The notes beneath the pieces were generated by a model, which saw nothing but the letters and a program-made list of their open reading frames with translations, did no database searches and was not told where the DNA came from. Shown piece after piece: positions 25,677 through 36,876 of a stretch of DNA of 64,000 nt (position 1 is the stretch's first letter; the number at the start of each line of letters is the position of its first letter). Position numbers and translations under genes: made by a program. The stretch lies in the NCBI RefSeq assembly GCF_030684315.1, contig NC_081396.1:9415628-9479627 (forward strand), written 5' to 3'. Source of the DNA: Stegostoma tigrinum (taxonomy: Eukaryota).

Positions 25677-28612
25677 TGCCTGTGAAGGCTCGGTGCTGTT
25701 TTAAATGATAATAGCTTGTCTTTCTTTAACAAAGTAGAATGGTCAGAATGCAGATACTCATGAGTTATCAGTGCAGCTTCCTTTCCAGGTCAGCGAGGAG
25801 CTTGACATTAACATTCTGTTTTAGCTCGTGATTTTGAAATAGACTTTGGATCAATCACCATTAACCTCTGGAATGTATACGGAGATGCTAGGTTAATTTT
25901 GCAATATTTTTCCATTTTTCCAAATGTGGCTACTGAAGCACATGATCCAATTCGATAATTCTAATTGGATTTTTTTCCTTTTATTTCCGTTGTTATAAAC
26001 AGGGGAATAGGGGAGCAGCTCTCCCCTTTTATTGATACAGATTAATTATTCTGTTAACTCTGCGGCACCACTACAATTGAATTTCTACAGAGTGTTAAAG
26101 CGCAATATGCAATTGGATTTGAAACAGATATTAGTATTTATTATTCCCTTCAAACTCATGACATGTCAGTATTTAAATTAATAGATAATTGAATTGATTT
26201 AATGGTTAATTAGTAGTCACTGGTAGTTCAAATTTCCGCATTCTTCATTCCTACTGCTGAAATAATCATGTTTGTAATGATACCTTTCAATGAATAAGGA
26301 GCGTTGTGTATCCAATTCGAAGTTATTTCATTAATTTAAAGAGGACAGCAAGTGTGAAGATGTAGTGAGGAAATCCATGGATCAAGTCAGTAGATTTTTG
26401 GAAAATGAAAAGATGAAGCTGCAGTCTGGGCAAAAGTGAAGGCAATCAGGATTGTTTTCTTTGGAGTTCATACAAATGAGAAGGGGTTTTGACGGAGACA
26501 TATAAAATTCCAACAGGACTGGACAGTGTAAAAGCAAGGAGGATGTTGCCGTTGGTGGGTTTGTCCAGAACCATGGGTCACAGTCTGAGGATTTGGAGTA
26601 GACGATTTAGGATGAAGATGAGGAATTTTTCTTCACCCAAAAAGTGGTGAGACTGTGGAATTCAATCCCACAGTAAGTAGTTGATACCATGGCACTGAAT
26701 GTATTCAAGAGGCAACTCGATATTGCACCTGGGGTGAAAGGAATCAAAGGTTATGGGTAGAAAGTAGGATTAGGTTTTTGAGTTGGAAGATCAGTGATGA
26801 TGGTGAAGGATGGTGGAACAGGCTTGAAGGGCCGAATGGCCTCCTGCTGCTCCTAACTCCTATGTTTCCATGTTTCTAAAGAGAAAAGAACCAGCCTAAA
26901 AGCATAAATTCGCAGTTAGAAAGTGGAGTTGTACAAAATGCAATCAAAATAACAAATGAAGCTTGTGTCTACATGCCAAGGGGGTGGATATACGTCCAAG
27001 GATGTGCGGATTAGGTGGATTGGGCATGATAATTTGTCCGCATTGTACAGGGATGTGCACGCGAGGTGGATTAGCCATGGACAGTGCAGGATCGCGGGAA
27101 CAGGGAGTGTCTGAATTGGATGTTCTTCAGAGGGTCGGTGCAGACTCAGTGGGCTGAATGGCCTCTTTCTGCACTGTAGGCATTCTATGATTCTATGAAG
27201 TAGTGGACGTCAAACCTGACTTGTGTGGAGCCCTCTGATCACTATTTTTACTACTTTGTTGAATTCTGTGCACCACACTCCAGCAATCAATTTATTTTTT
27301 GCACAACACAAGTCATCAAAACAAAAATGGGAATAGAATGTTAACTTATGGGCAGAAAGGCACGCAAATGAATGATGAATTGTGGACTCTCTCACTACTA
27401 AAGTGTCTTTGATACGGTAATAACGGGGATGTTATGCACAATGGTTTGGGATGTGCAGAACACGAACAGACAAATCATCTAAAAAGAGAAATTGTGGAGC
27501 TGATTGTGTTAAACAGGACCTTGCACTGAAATTTCTTCAGCGATCTTACATTTACCTTAACTCTTCAGGCCTCCCGCATAATTTGTAACACCTTCCTTGT
27601 ATTAATTATACGAAACTGCACATTAATCACAAGACATTCCATTGTAAACTCTCAGCCTTCTCCAGAAAAGAGACATATGGAATTTCACGTTTTGGTTCGG
27701 TCTGAACTCAAGGCATGTGAGATTTCTGAAGCAAGGTCCCAACCCCAAACATCAGCTTTCCTGCTCCCCTGATGCTGGCTGGGCTGCGGTGTTCCTCCAA
27801 CACCACGCTGTGTTACCTCTGATTCCAGCATCGGCAGTTCTTACTATCTCTGAGTAAAACTAGCAGTGTCTTCATTGAAAGTAGTACTGTTTATGTAGCT
27901 GAAACGTTTTACATCCTCGCTTCAGTAAAAGAGCTCTGCTTTTCAGTCACTTTCCCAAAGATATACCCAGAGTTCTGTGTCGGAGAGCGATCTTGATCAG
28001 CTGCATCGTCACTTTCCACAAAACCATACCTGAAGATTCCTTTGTTCTTTGCCCTCATAAGGTTAATATTTTTCAAGGAGCATGCGAACTCTATCTACTT
28101 TAAAATGAACTTATATCAGTTCATACCGAAATATATTGAAAATAATTTTAATTATTTTTTGAAAAGTTGGGAATTAAGATCCTTGTCATAACCATGAATC
28201 CATCGTCGATTATCAAAAAATCCCATCTGGTTCACTAATATTCGTTATGGAAGGCAACTCGCTTCGTTACCTGGTCTGGGATATATGCGACTCCAGACTC
28301 ACAGCAATGTTGTAGACTCTTAAGTGCCCCTCGTCAATTAAGGATGGACATCACATGCTGGCCTAATCAGCAACACCCAAACTTGTGAATATTGATGGCC
28401 TCTTTTATTAGATTATTAATCTCTGCTTTTTCGCAAAGTTGTAGCTGAGCTGAGGTACGATACATCTTGGGATAATGCAGAGTAGGTGTGATTTGCAGAT
28501 GAACTGTGAATAAATTAAAATTGGAGCAAGTCTGAGAAGGTGGAAGTTACAAACACGCTCCTGTATTTCTGGGATATAAATGGAAAATGACGCGAATTTC
28601 GTTTTTGCTTTA

Positions 28613-28899
28613 ACATAGAACATAGAATATAGAACATAGAACCGAGAACATAGAACAATACAGCGCAGAACAGGCCCTTCGGCCCTTGATGTTGTGCCTA
28701 CCTGTGAGCTTATCTAAGCCCCTCCCACACACTATTGCATCATCATCCATATGCTTATCCAAGGACTGTTTAAATGCCCCTAAGGTGGCTGAGTTAACTA
28801 CATTGGCAGGCAGGGCGTTCCACGCCCTTACCACTCTCTGAGTAAAAAACCTTCCATTGGCATCTGTCTTAAATCTATCACACCTCAATTTGTAGCTAT
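28613..28899 (-). mobile_element. Short 3' CR1 fragment inserted in the V3 leader, 12-bp TSD
   Basis: (catagaa)n tail and GRFFTQRVVRAWNALP. TSD gtttttgcttta at 28601-28612 and 28900-28911. Same subfamily as 50563-50885. Confidence 0.92.
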
Positions 28900-29211
28900 G
28901 TTTTTGCTTTATTCGCTGGTCATATTGTATATTACACTTGAAGAGCTGGTTTTGCAATGGTTCCCATCTCATGCTCTGAGGGAACAGAAGACCATATCAA
29001 TACACTGTCACGCAACCATCTCATTCTCTGCGGTATACTGGTTCATGCAATCTCTGAATCACAGCCCAAAAATGTTCGTCATGGTTACAGGAAGCAAAAC
29101 CGTGAATGATGGCAGATTTAGAGCTGTCAGTCGAAATGAAGAGAAATGCAGCTCCTTGATAATATCGAGCTTCCATCTAACAGACACCAGAACCTACTTT
29201 TGTAACTTACT
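28898..29211 (+). CDS. TCR alpha/delta-like V gene segment (V3), open reading frame; the original ATG at 28587 is separated by the CR1 insert
   Basis: MFLLYSLVILYITL-EELVLQWFPSHALREQKTISIHC...VYWFMQ...GRFRAVSRNEEKCSSLIISSFHLTDTRTYFCNL. Cys23, Trp41 and DTxTYFC104 are intact. A near-canonical 23-RSS follows. Chain assignment is by resemblance only. Confidence 0.75.
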
Positions 29212-29250
29212 CACAGTGTGGAAAGGAGCGACAGAGTCCACACAAAAACT
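29212..29250 (+). promoter_or_regulatory. Near-canonical 23-bp-spacer recombination signal sequence
   Basis: CACAGTG (29212-29218), 23 nt, then ACAAAAACT (29242-29250; 8/9 match to ACAAAAACC), abutting the V coding end. Confidence 0.93.
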
Positions 29251-31861
29251 TCATCTGTAATGAGGAGTCTGTATTTTGAGAAAAATAACTGATGAAGTCT
29301 AGTCGAACTTTGGATATGGATAATGGAAATCGGGTGATATTCTGTCTACACAAAACATTATATCGACCCTCATGCAAATTAAAACCAGGCTATGTATAGG
29401 TTGGTGTCAGTTCATTGCTGAATAATCTGTGCGTACGCCAATTATCAGCAGTGAACTGGTGTCGTTCTTCAGAACCTGCATTTGGGGCCTAAAGTTATTA
29501 CTGCATTTTTAAATGAAACAGGAAAACTGCTCGAAGCAGTTAAGAGCATTTCAGCTGCATCATGCGCAGCAGTGCATTCTCTCTGGGGATGTTCCTAGGG
29601 ACATTATGCCCTGACTTTGGACGCACTGTCATGCATTTAGACAAGTAAAATGGATCGTTTCATATGAGTTTATCTCGATTTTCATTTCAATTCTTTTGGT
29701 TCAGTCAGGTGACCATGCATTTATTGATATTTTAAATAGAACATTGAACAGGGCAGCAGAGGAACGGAGCCGGTGGCCCACGATGCGGTGTCAAACATGA
29801 CACCAATTTAACCAATACCCTTCCGCCTGCCTTTGGTCCATATCGCTACGTACCTTGCGTTTTCGTGTGCTTATGTAAAAATATCTTAAACTTCGTATTG
29901 TATCTGCGTCCTCCACTGCCCCTGGCAGTGGTTTCAAGGCTCCTACCATGCCCTGTATTAAAAAAAAACCTGATTCTCACATCTCCTTTGAACTTCCCGC
30001 ATCATCTTAAATGTGTGCCCCTAGTATTAGGATAATAATGGGCACCATGCAAAGAAATGAAAGATAACAAGGTGCAGAGCAGGATGAAAACAGCAAGCCA
30101 AGCAGCATCAGAGGAGCAGGAAGGCTGACATTTCAGGCCCAGACTCTGCTTCAGTAATGCAAATTTGGATAGGACGCATGCAGAGTAATTGGTTCTTCCA
30201 CACAGTAATGCAAAACAATGGATAAGATAATAAGGTCATTGAGCCATTGTGTTTCTTTGTGAGGAAGACTTGTGAATATCTTGAATTATTTTGCCAGCAG
30301 AGGCTCTCGTCGTATGATATAAAACTCTACTTGTCAATGTCAATATTGGTCGACACTTTTAATTTTTAACTTTGCAGGGTATTACAAAGCAGAGTAATGG
30401 TTAGAAAGTGAAGCATGTGTATCACGATCAAGTCCATCAACCCCTTATGAAATTCCAAATCACCAGACCATTTACAGGTCGTTTGGAAAGAGTTACAACC
30501 TACTAATGCTCACAACTGAATGAGAAATCTTCCCCATTTTATTCTGTAAAGTGCAATTTGGTTACGACATGAAGAGTAGCGGCAGTGCATGAGAGAGCTC
30601 TTACATTGGACCAGTTGTAAAGTCAATCTTTTAACTGCTGTTCAGTTGAGTTTCTGATGGAAATGCTTGGTAAACCATTCATAAAGAGCATTTCCCTTTC
30701 TCTGAAATGGCCATTACTCTTTGGAACCTTTCTGAATAAGATGGTTAAAGCAGTGTTCTTGAACATACTAAGGAAAGAGGGAGAGACATATTCTTGATCC
30801 AGAGGTGATGAGCTTTGTCATGATTGAAGCGAAAGTGGATAATCAGACGACCATTTTTTATTAATTGTGGAGAAGACTCGACCAGCCGGGTGGTGAGCTT
30901 CTGCTCTACTTGGAATGTCTGGATGCATAAATGACAGTAGCCACATTGAACTGAACAAAAATTCAGTTGAAAGTAATCCTACTAAATCAAAATCTGTCAA
31001 CTTGAAAAGTACGCAAGTCAGAAGGACAAGTACACAGGCGTTTAGTTGCTCTTTGATAGATTGATCATCGCTGAATGTGTTCGTTCTGAACTGATTGATA
31101 CCACACTGAATGCAATTGACCTGAACTGCACGTTAAAAATGGAATGGACATTACGGAAGTCCAGGTAGCATCCGCGAGGAGCAAGAAAACTGACATTTCG
31201 AGAAGAGGTCCTGGCCCAAAACGTCAGCTTTCTTGCTCCTCTGATGCTGCCTGGCCTGCTGTGTTCATGCAGCTGTACACTGTGTTACCTCCAGCACCGC
31301 CCATCATTCCCATTCCCACACATTGGTTGGAGGGCCACAGATAACATAGTTAGGAGCTGGAGGAACGTAGCAGGGACAGGCAGTATCAGAGAAGCCAGAA
31401 ATTTGACGTCTTCAGAAATTCAGAAATAAAGGGCCCTGATCCGAAACGTCAACTTCCTTGCTCCTCTGATGCTGCGTGTTAACTGCTGTGTCCCACCAGC
31501 TCCACACGGTGCCGTCTCTGACTCCAGCATTGGCAGTTCTTGCTGTCTCTCGACATTACTGAACATGCCTTTTCCACTCGAGATGTAAGTGTGAACAGCG
31601 ACTTCCGATTTATGGATCGAATCTATCCACTCTGAATGTAACTAAAGTTGGTCTCAATCTCTCTGATGCATGAAGTGCTATGAACTGGACCTGGAATGGG
31701 CCATACAGTACATCCTATGATTAAGCAGGACCTGACTATGTATTTAGCCATGCTGAAGACTAGAGGGGTCAGTTGTATGTAAAGGCATGGCATTAATCTT
31801 ATCTTGGAAAAAACGCACGGAATATTTCTCTGCTGAACTCTGCCAGTTTTTTTTTTCCCAG

Positions 31862-32014
31862 CATGTCCCGATGTTAAACAGAATATTTTGACTCCGAATA
31901 GAACTGTTCTAAGCTGCACCTCATCACGCACTGTGCGCAAGCACTCCTTTACAGTAACAGCTCGCATTGAACTGAGGGTATCGCTGGTCTCAAAATGGCA
32001 ACGGCCTGACTCAG
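31862..32014 (+). other. Putative 153-nt phase-1/1 exon, possibly a decayed TCR alpha/delta connecting-peptide/TM exon (paralogue ~7910-8063)
   Basis: Polypyrimidine tract + AG and tcag|gtacgt donor. The frame is open in both copies (CTDVKHNILTPNRNVLSWTFSRSV...TARI in the A1 copy) but is not hydrophobic now. Confidence 0.25.
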
Positions 32015-32660
32015 GTACGTGGGAAGAAAAGGACCGCGGCACAACAAAGATGACAAAGCCTCACTGCAATGTCCACACGGAATGTAATTAATCAAACTGC
32101 ACCGTGTGAAACAGGTTCAAATACCCTCACATTTGAGCAATGATCACCCTGAACGAATGATGACCATGAAGTGGTGGTGCAGTGTTGGGCTGGGGGTGGA
32201 CAGGTCAGAAGTCACACGTCACCAGGTTGTAGTCCAACAGGTTTATTTGAAATCGCAAGCTTTCATCAGCGCTGCTCCTTTGTCGGATCGTCACAGTCCA
32301 CAGATGAAGGAGCAGCACTTCAAAAGCTTGAGTTCTGAAATAAACTTGTTGGACTATAACCTGGAGTCGTGTGACGTCTTGACCCTGACCGAATATTGAT
32401 ATGGAGTGACAAGTTGACTGCATTTTCTGTGGGGAGAACAGAATCAGAGGTAACATTTGGTCTGAAATTATACGCTTAGGCTTTTGTGTTACAAAATAAG
32501 GAAATAAGACGGGGATCATTCAAAACAGAGCCAGGTGAAACACATTATTTTTGAAAAAATACAAACATCACCTGAGCAACAGCAGCAATACTGTTTGCTA
32601 CAATCAAATTAATGTAAAACATTGAACAAAGTAATGATCTCCCTGGAGCACAGAACCACA

Positions 32661-32667
32661 TATAAAT
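32661..32667 (+). promoter_or_regulatory. Probable TATA box of the intact GPCR gene
   Basis: TATAAAT ~50 nt before ATG 32717. The equivalent site is TATAATT at 52806 in the third paralogue and is mutated (tccaaat) in the A1 pseudogene. Confidence 0.5.
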
Positions 32668-32716
32668 ATTATCTTCTTTCAGTGAAATGCAGAGCCGATC
32701 AGGGCTTCTAATAGAG

Positions 32717-32786
32717 ATGCACGCAATACTGACAGTTCCAGTGTTTAATGTTTATTATCATGTCCTTGCAGCAGTCGGAGTTCCTG
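32717..32786 (+). CDS. GPR139-like GPCR, exon 1
   Basis: MHAILTVPVFNVYYHVLAAVGVP + G|gtaaat. 70 nt, phase 1, joins exon 2 in frame to give GVPANVVVIVILS (TM1). Confidence 0.85.
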
Positions 32787-35194
32787 GTAAATCATTGTAG
32801 TTAGTTTGTAGCTGCATGAAAAACGGGTCAGACAAATTAATTCTCTCACTTTACCAGGATTGGTGCTACCATTGCAAGTATTTTTCGTCCAATTTACTGG
32901 ATTTGTATTTCAAACATCAGCAGTGTAAGATACTTTGTTCGACTAATACTATTTCACCTCTTGCAGGATTGTTTTAATTTCAACGTTTTTGGTATGAATT
33001 ATTATTTTGTGATTTCTTCAGTTTGTTGACATAGGTTAGTTGTATCAGTGCTCTGTCTTCTCCCCCTTATCAAAATATGTCTTAACAGTTCATTCGTGGC
33101 TGAGCAAGCATTTTATGTCCATTGTTACTTGCCCTTGACATGGTGTGTTAGAACTGGCTTCTTGAACTACTGCAACATATTTGCTCTCAGTAGATCCACA
33201 TTGATATGTGAAAGGGAGTTCCAGGGTTTTGACAGAGTTGCAATGAAGGAAAGTTGATACAATGGCTTGCAGAAGAACTGGTGATGGTGTTTGCTCATCC
33301 TCCTTCCCGGTATTTGTCGTGAGTTTGGAAGGAGCTGTCTAAGGAACTAGGTAAATTTCTGCAGTGCAACTTGTAGATGGTACATCCTGATGATGCTGCA
33401 CTTTGGTTGGAGAATTACTGAATGTTTGTGAAACTGGTGCCTATTACAGAATCTTCATTATTTGTGGAAGGTGCCAAGCTACTTGAAAGTGTTTGGAGCT
33501 GCACATTTCCATGCTAATAGTCAGTCCTCCATATCACCCCTGACCTGTAATTTGTAAGTGTTGAATAGTTTTCTGGACAGTCAGGAGGGAGGTTATTCGT
33601 TGAATGATTCCAAAGCTCTTACGTGCTATTCTAGCTGCAGCATTACTTTGCTAGTCTAGGTCGCTCATTTTCAATGCAGAGTCTTGAGACAGTAGATCTA
33701 ACTGGAGTTCATCCCTTTTGGCACAATGATAGCACTAACTTAATGCAGTGGATGGCATTTTGTACATAAGGACCAGACTTAATCGCTGTGCCATTGTCAT
33801 TACTACCCACACTGTAATGGACAGATGTATATGCAACAGGCACATCGGCGAGGAGAGATCAAATATGTTTCACCAACCCACCCACCCCCCGGCATTAGTT
33901 CCCTCCCAACTTCTGCACCCCCATTTAAAGAGCTATATATTATTTAGGACTTGACCAGCTTGAATGCTTTCAATCCACTCTTGGTGATGGATCTCAAAGT
34001 TCTTCACACAAAATATATTCCGTGCTTTTGCCATGCTCAGTGCTCTGCCCAGTGGTGCTCAGCGTGGAGAAGTACTGATCCTGAAATCAACAGTAAGGTG
34101 GATTGATGCATTATTCAGCAGTAAATTACAATGCCCGGGTTAGATCTGATGCATTGAAATGTGACGGGGTCTCCAATTAATGCTGATGCCTCTCAGGGCA
34201 ATGTTCCTCTTACTGTTTACTGCTATGCTACCACTCCTACTGCTTGCCAGCAGAACAGTGAATAACCGGGAAAGGATTGTGGTGCAGTCGGAGACATTGA
34301 CGATAAGTTATGGTTCCTTGATTATGACTATGGAAAGCCACTGCTGAATAGTCCATGAGACAAATCTCCGACATTCAGCATCATCAACTTAATTTGCCGA
34401 AAACGATCTTGCAAGACAAAGCTATTTAAGAGCCAACGATATTACTTTGATCCAGCGTCTGGTGGAAATCAGACCAGGCCAGGAACCAGGACATTTCTGA
34501 ACCAGATGTCTGTGTTGTTCGGTTTTCTTTCTGTCAATTGTTCAGTGGTCTCACTTGATTTTAATTCCAGATCCACATGAAATTCTTATTTGACCATGTG
34601 CCATGGTGGGATCTCCAGACTATTACCTGCAACTCTAGATTAATTTTCAACTGACAATACCAGAAATGCACCTCTTTTTACAGTATTGCTTTTCATGTGA
34701 CCTCAAGTACTTCTCAACTTTACGGTAAACAAGGTTCATTAGATGGGATCCATTTTATCAGCTAATTATGTAATTCCTCCTGGCTACTGGTTTCACCACA
34801 GAACATCAATGCATTTCTGATGCATTATTTGCAGAAGACTGTGGGTAAATCCATTTTTATTTATCACAGTGTTAAATCTGTTCCAGATTTTAGTTTGGAA
34901 ACATTGATGGAAGACTTTGAAGTTACCATCCCATCGCATGTGTTGTTTGAATATGAATTTGACACTTATTCTCACGTGAATTCTCACACCTCTTATCTTG
35001 GTGCAAATCAAGGTGTATTGTCTTGTAGCCAGGATAAGTGTGAATAAATTATCACATTTCATTCATAATGTACATTTATTGCATTATCTATTTCCTTTGC
35101 AATTGAATACTTTAATCAGTATTGATTTGCAGGCCTAAACTATTCACTAATTCCCGAATACATTTAATTACTGAACTACTGACTTACTGAATTA

Positions 35195-35335
35195 CTGACG
35201 TTTCGGGTTCTGATGAAGGGTCTAGGCCCGAAACGTCAGCTTTTGTGCTCCTGAGATGCTGCTTGGCCTGCTGTGTTCATCCAGCCTCACATTTTATTAT
35301 CTTGGAATTCTCCAGCATCTGCAGTTCCCATTATC
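35195..35335 (+). mobile_element. Young Penelope-derived short repeat with a minimal hammerhead-like core at 35206-35241
   Basis: CTGATGA-A-GGGT(CTAG)GCCC-GAAAC-GTC. It sits where A3 lacks A1 13540-14610. Confidence 0.7.
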
Positions 35336-35937
35336 AATGAAATGCTGGTGCATGGTCATGTGAAGAGTCTAGACTCACCACTGCATTCCACAAAATAAAA
35401 ATTGCTTTCGCAATGTCGAAAAACTAATCCTCCAGGTCCTCTCTCGACTGACAAATATCTTGTAATTTTTGAGCCAGTTTACTATCTCCTGCTTGAAATG
35501 TCTAATTGATTCTTGAAAGTATAAATTTAGATTGTGTTATCAGATACAGACTGTTTCCCTGTTAATTTCAATACTTATAAATAGTTTGTTACTTATCCCA
35601 TTTAATGTCGACCTCATTGTTGTGTTATCTAAGTCCCATTTGAAAAGTGCCCATTTCTTCTTTTCTGTACTTGGGATCCCATTCTATTACATGTCCATCT
35701 AATTAGACAAGCTCCTTTATAAAATGAATGAACAATTAAAATGGAAAACCAATTCAATCAAATGTAATGGATCATTTAGGGCTTATAATTAAACCTCAAA
35801 CAGTGAAGTTTCATCAGAATTCTGTTGCATCTACAACTAAATTACAGGTAGAAGAAATAATTTTCCTGAAATTCACTGTGCCTTACTAACAGATTTGCTT
35901 CATATCCTCTCTCCCCTTCTCGTTCCCTATTTGACAG

Positions 35938-36848
35938 CCAATGTGGTGGTGATCGTGATCCTGTCACAAAGAAGATGTGGTCTCTCGAGGTGCACCAACT
36001 GTTATCTGGTGTCCATCGCAGTGGCAGATCTCTTGGTGGTGGTTACAGTTGTAAGACTGAACAGGACTGCTGGAATTTATTTTCCATTCAGTTTCCTATC
36101 TATCACACCAATGTGCAATCTACGTTCTGCCTTAAATTATGCAGCCCTTGATGCTACTGCCTGGTTAACAGTGGCTTTCACATTTGACCGATTTGTGGCC
36201 ATTACTTGCCAGAAGTTAAAAGTAACATATTGCACCGAGAAAATGGCAGCATGGAACATAGGAATTATATCTGCTGTGGCTTGCATTAAAAACGCCTTCT
36301 TCTATTTTCAATATGAACCGATGTACATGATTAACAGCACACCCTGGTTCTGCAGCATAAAAATGGGTGTTTATGCATCAGCTGCATGGGCTGCATATGA
36401 CTGGATTGTATTTATTTTCACATCTCTACTTCCATTTATTCTGCTTATACTTCTCAATGCTCTTACAGTCAGCCACATCCTAGCAGCAAATAGGTCCCGG
36501 GAGAGAATCCGATCCCAGAGCAATACAGAGAGTCGGTGTGATCCAGAGATGGTGAAGCGGAGGAAGTCCATTCTCTTACTCTTCACTATCTCGGGTAGTT
36601 TTATCCTGTTGTATTTGTTACGTTTCATTTGGTTACCATATGTCCGATTTGCAAATGTCATTTACACTTCAGTTTTCAATTTCAGCAATTCTACATTTAT
36701 CATCCAAGAAACTGGATTTATGCTTCAGTTATTAAGTTCCTGCATCAACCCCTTTATTTATGCTGGCACAAAGAGTAAATTCAGAACAGAGTTACGAAAT
36801 GGATTGAAATATCCAATGAAGCTTTGTATTAAAGTATTTAAAATATGA
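35938..36848 (+). CDS. GPR139-like class A (rhodopsin family) GPCR, exon 2; spliced product 326 aa, intact
   Basis: Branch point TACTAAC 35884-35890, pyrimidine tract, ttgacag|. Motifs LS..RCGLS, YLVSIAVADLL, AFTFDRFVAI, WFC, LPF..L..LN.LT, RRKSILLL, CINPFIY. Stop TGA 36846-36848. Confidence 0.9.
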
Positions 36849-36876
36849 AAAGCAGCATCATTTAACATGACATTTA

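Noticed and set aside
28612-28660. Short tandem repeats (catagaa)n and (agacaat)n as possible array-type or CRISPR-like repeats
   Set aside because: They are the microsatellite 3' tails of CR1 LINEs, with no spacers.
29300-29345. FGYG motif just after the V3 RSS
   Set aside because: It is followed immediately by a stop, and there is no 12-RSS upstream.
29372-29379. Octamer ATGCAAAT (also at ~16329, 30157, 38576, 52348, 58415)
   Set aside because: None is positioned upstream of a V leader, and several occurrences are unsurprising in AT-rich DNA.
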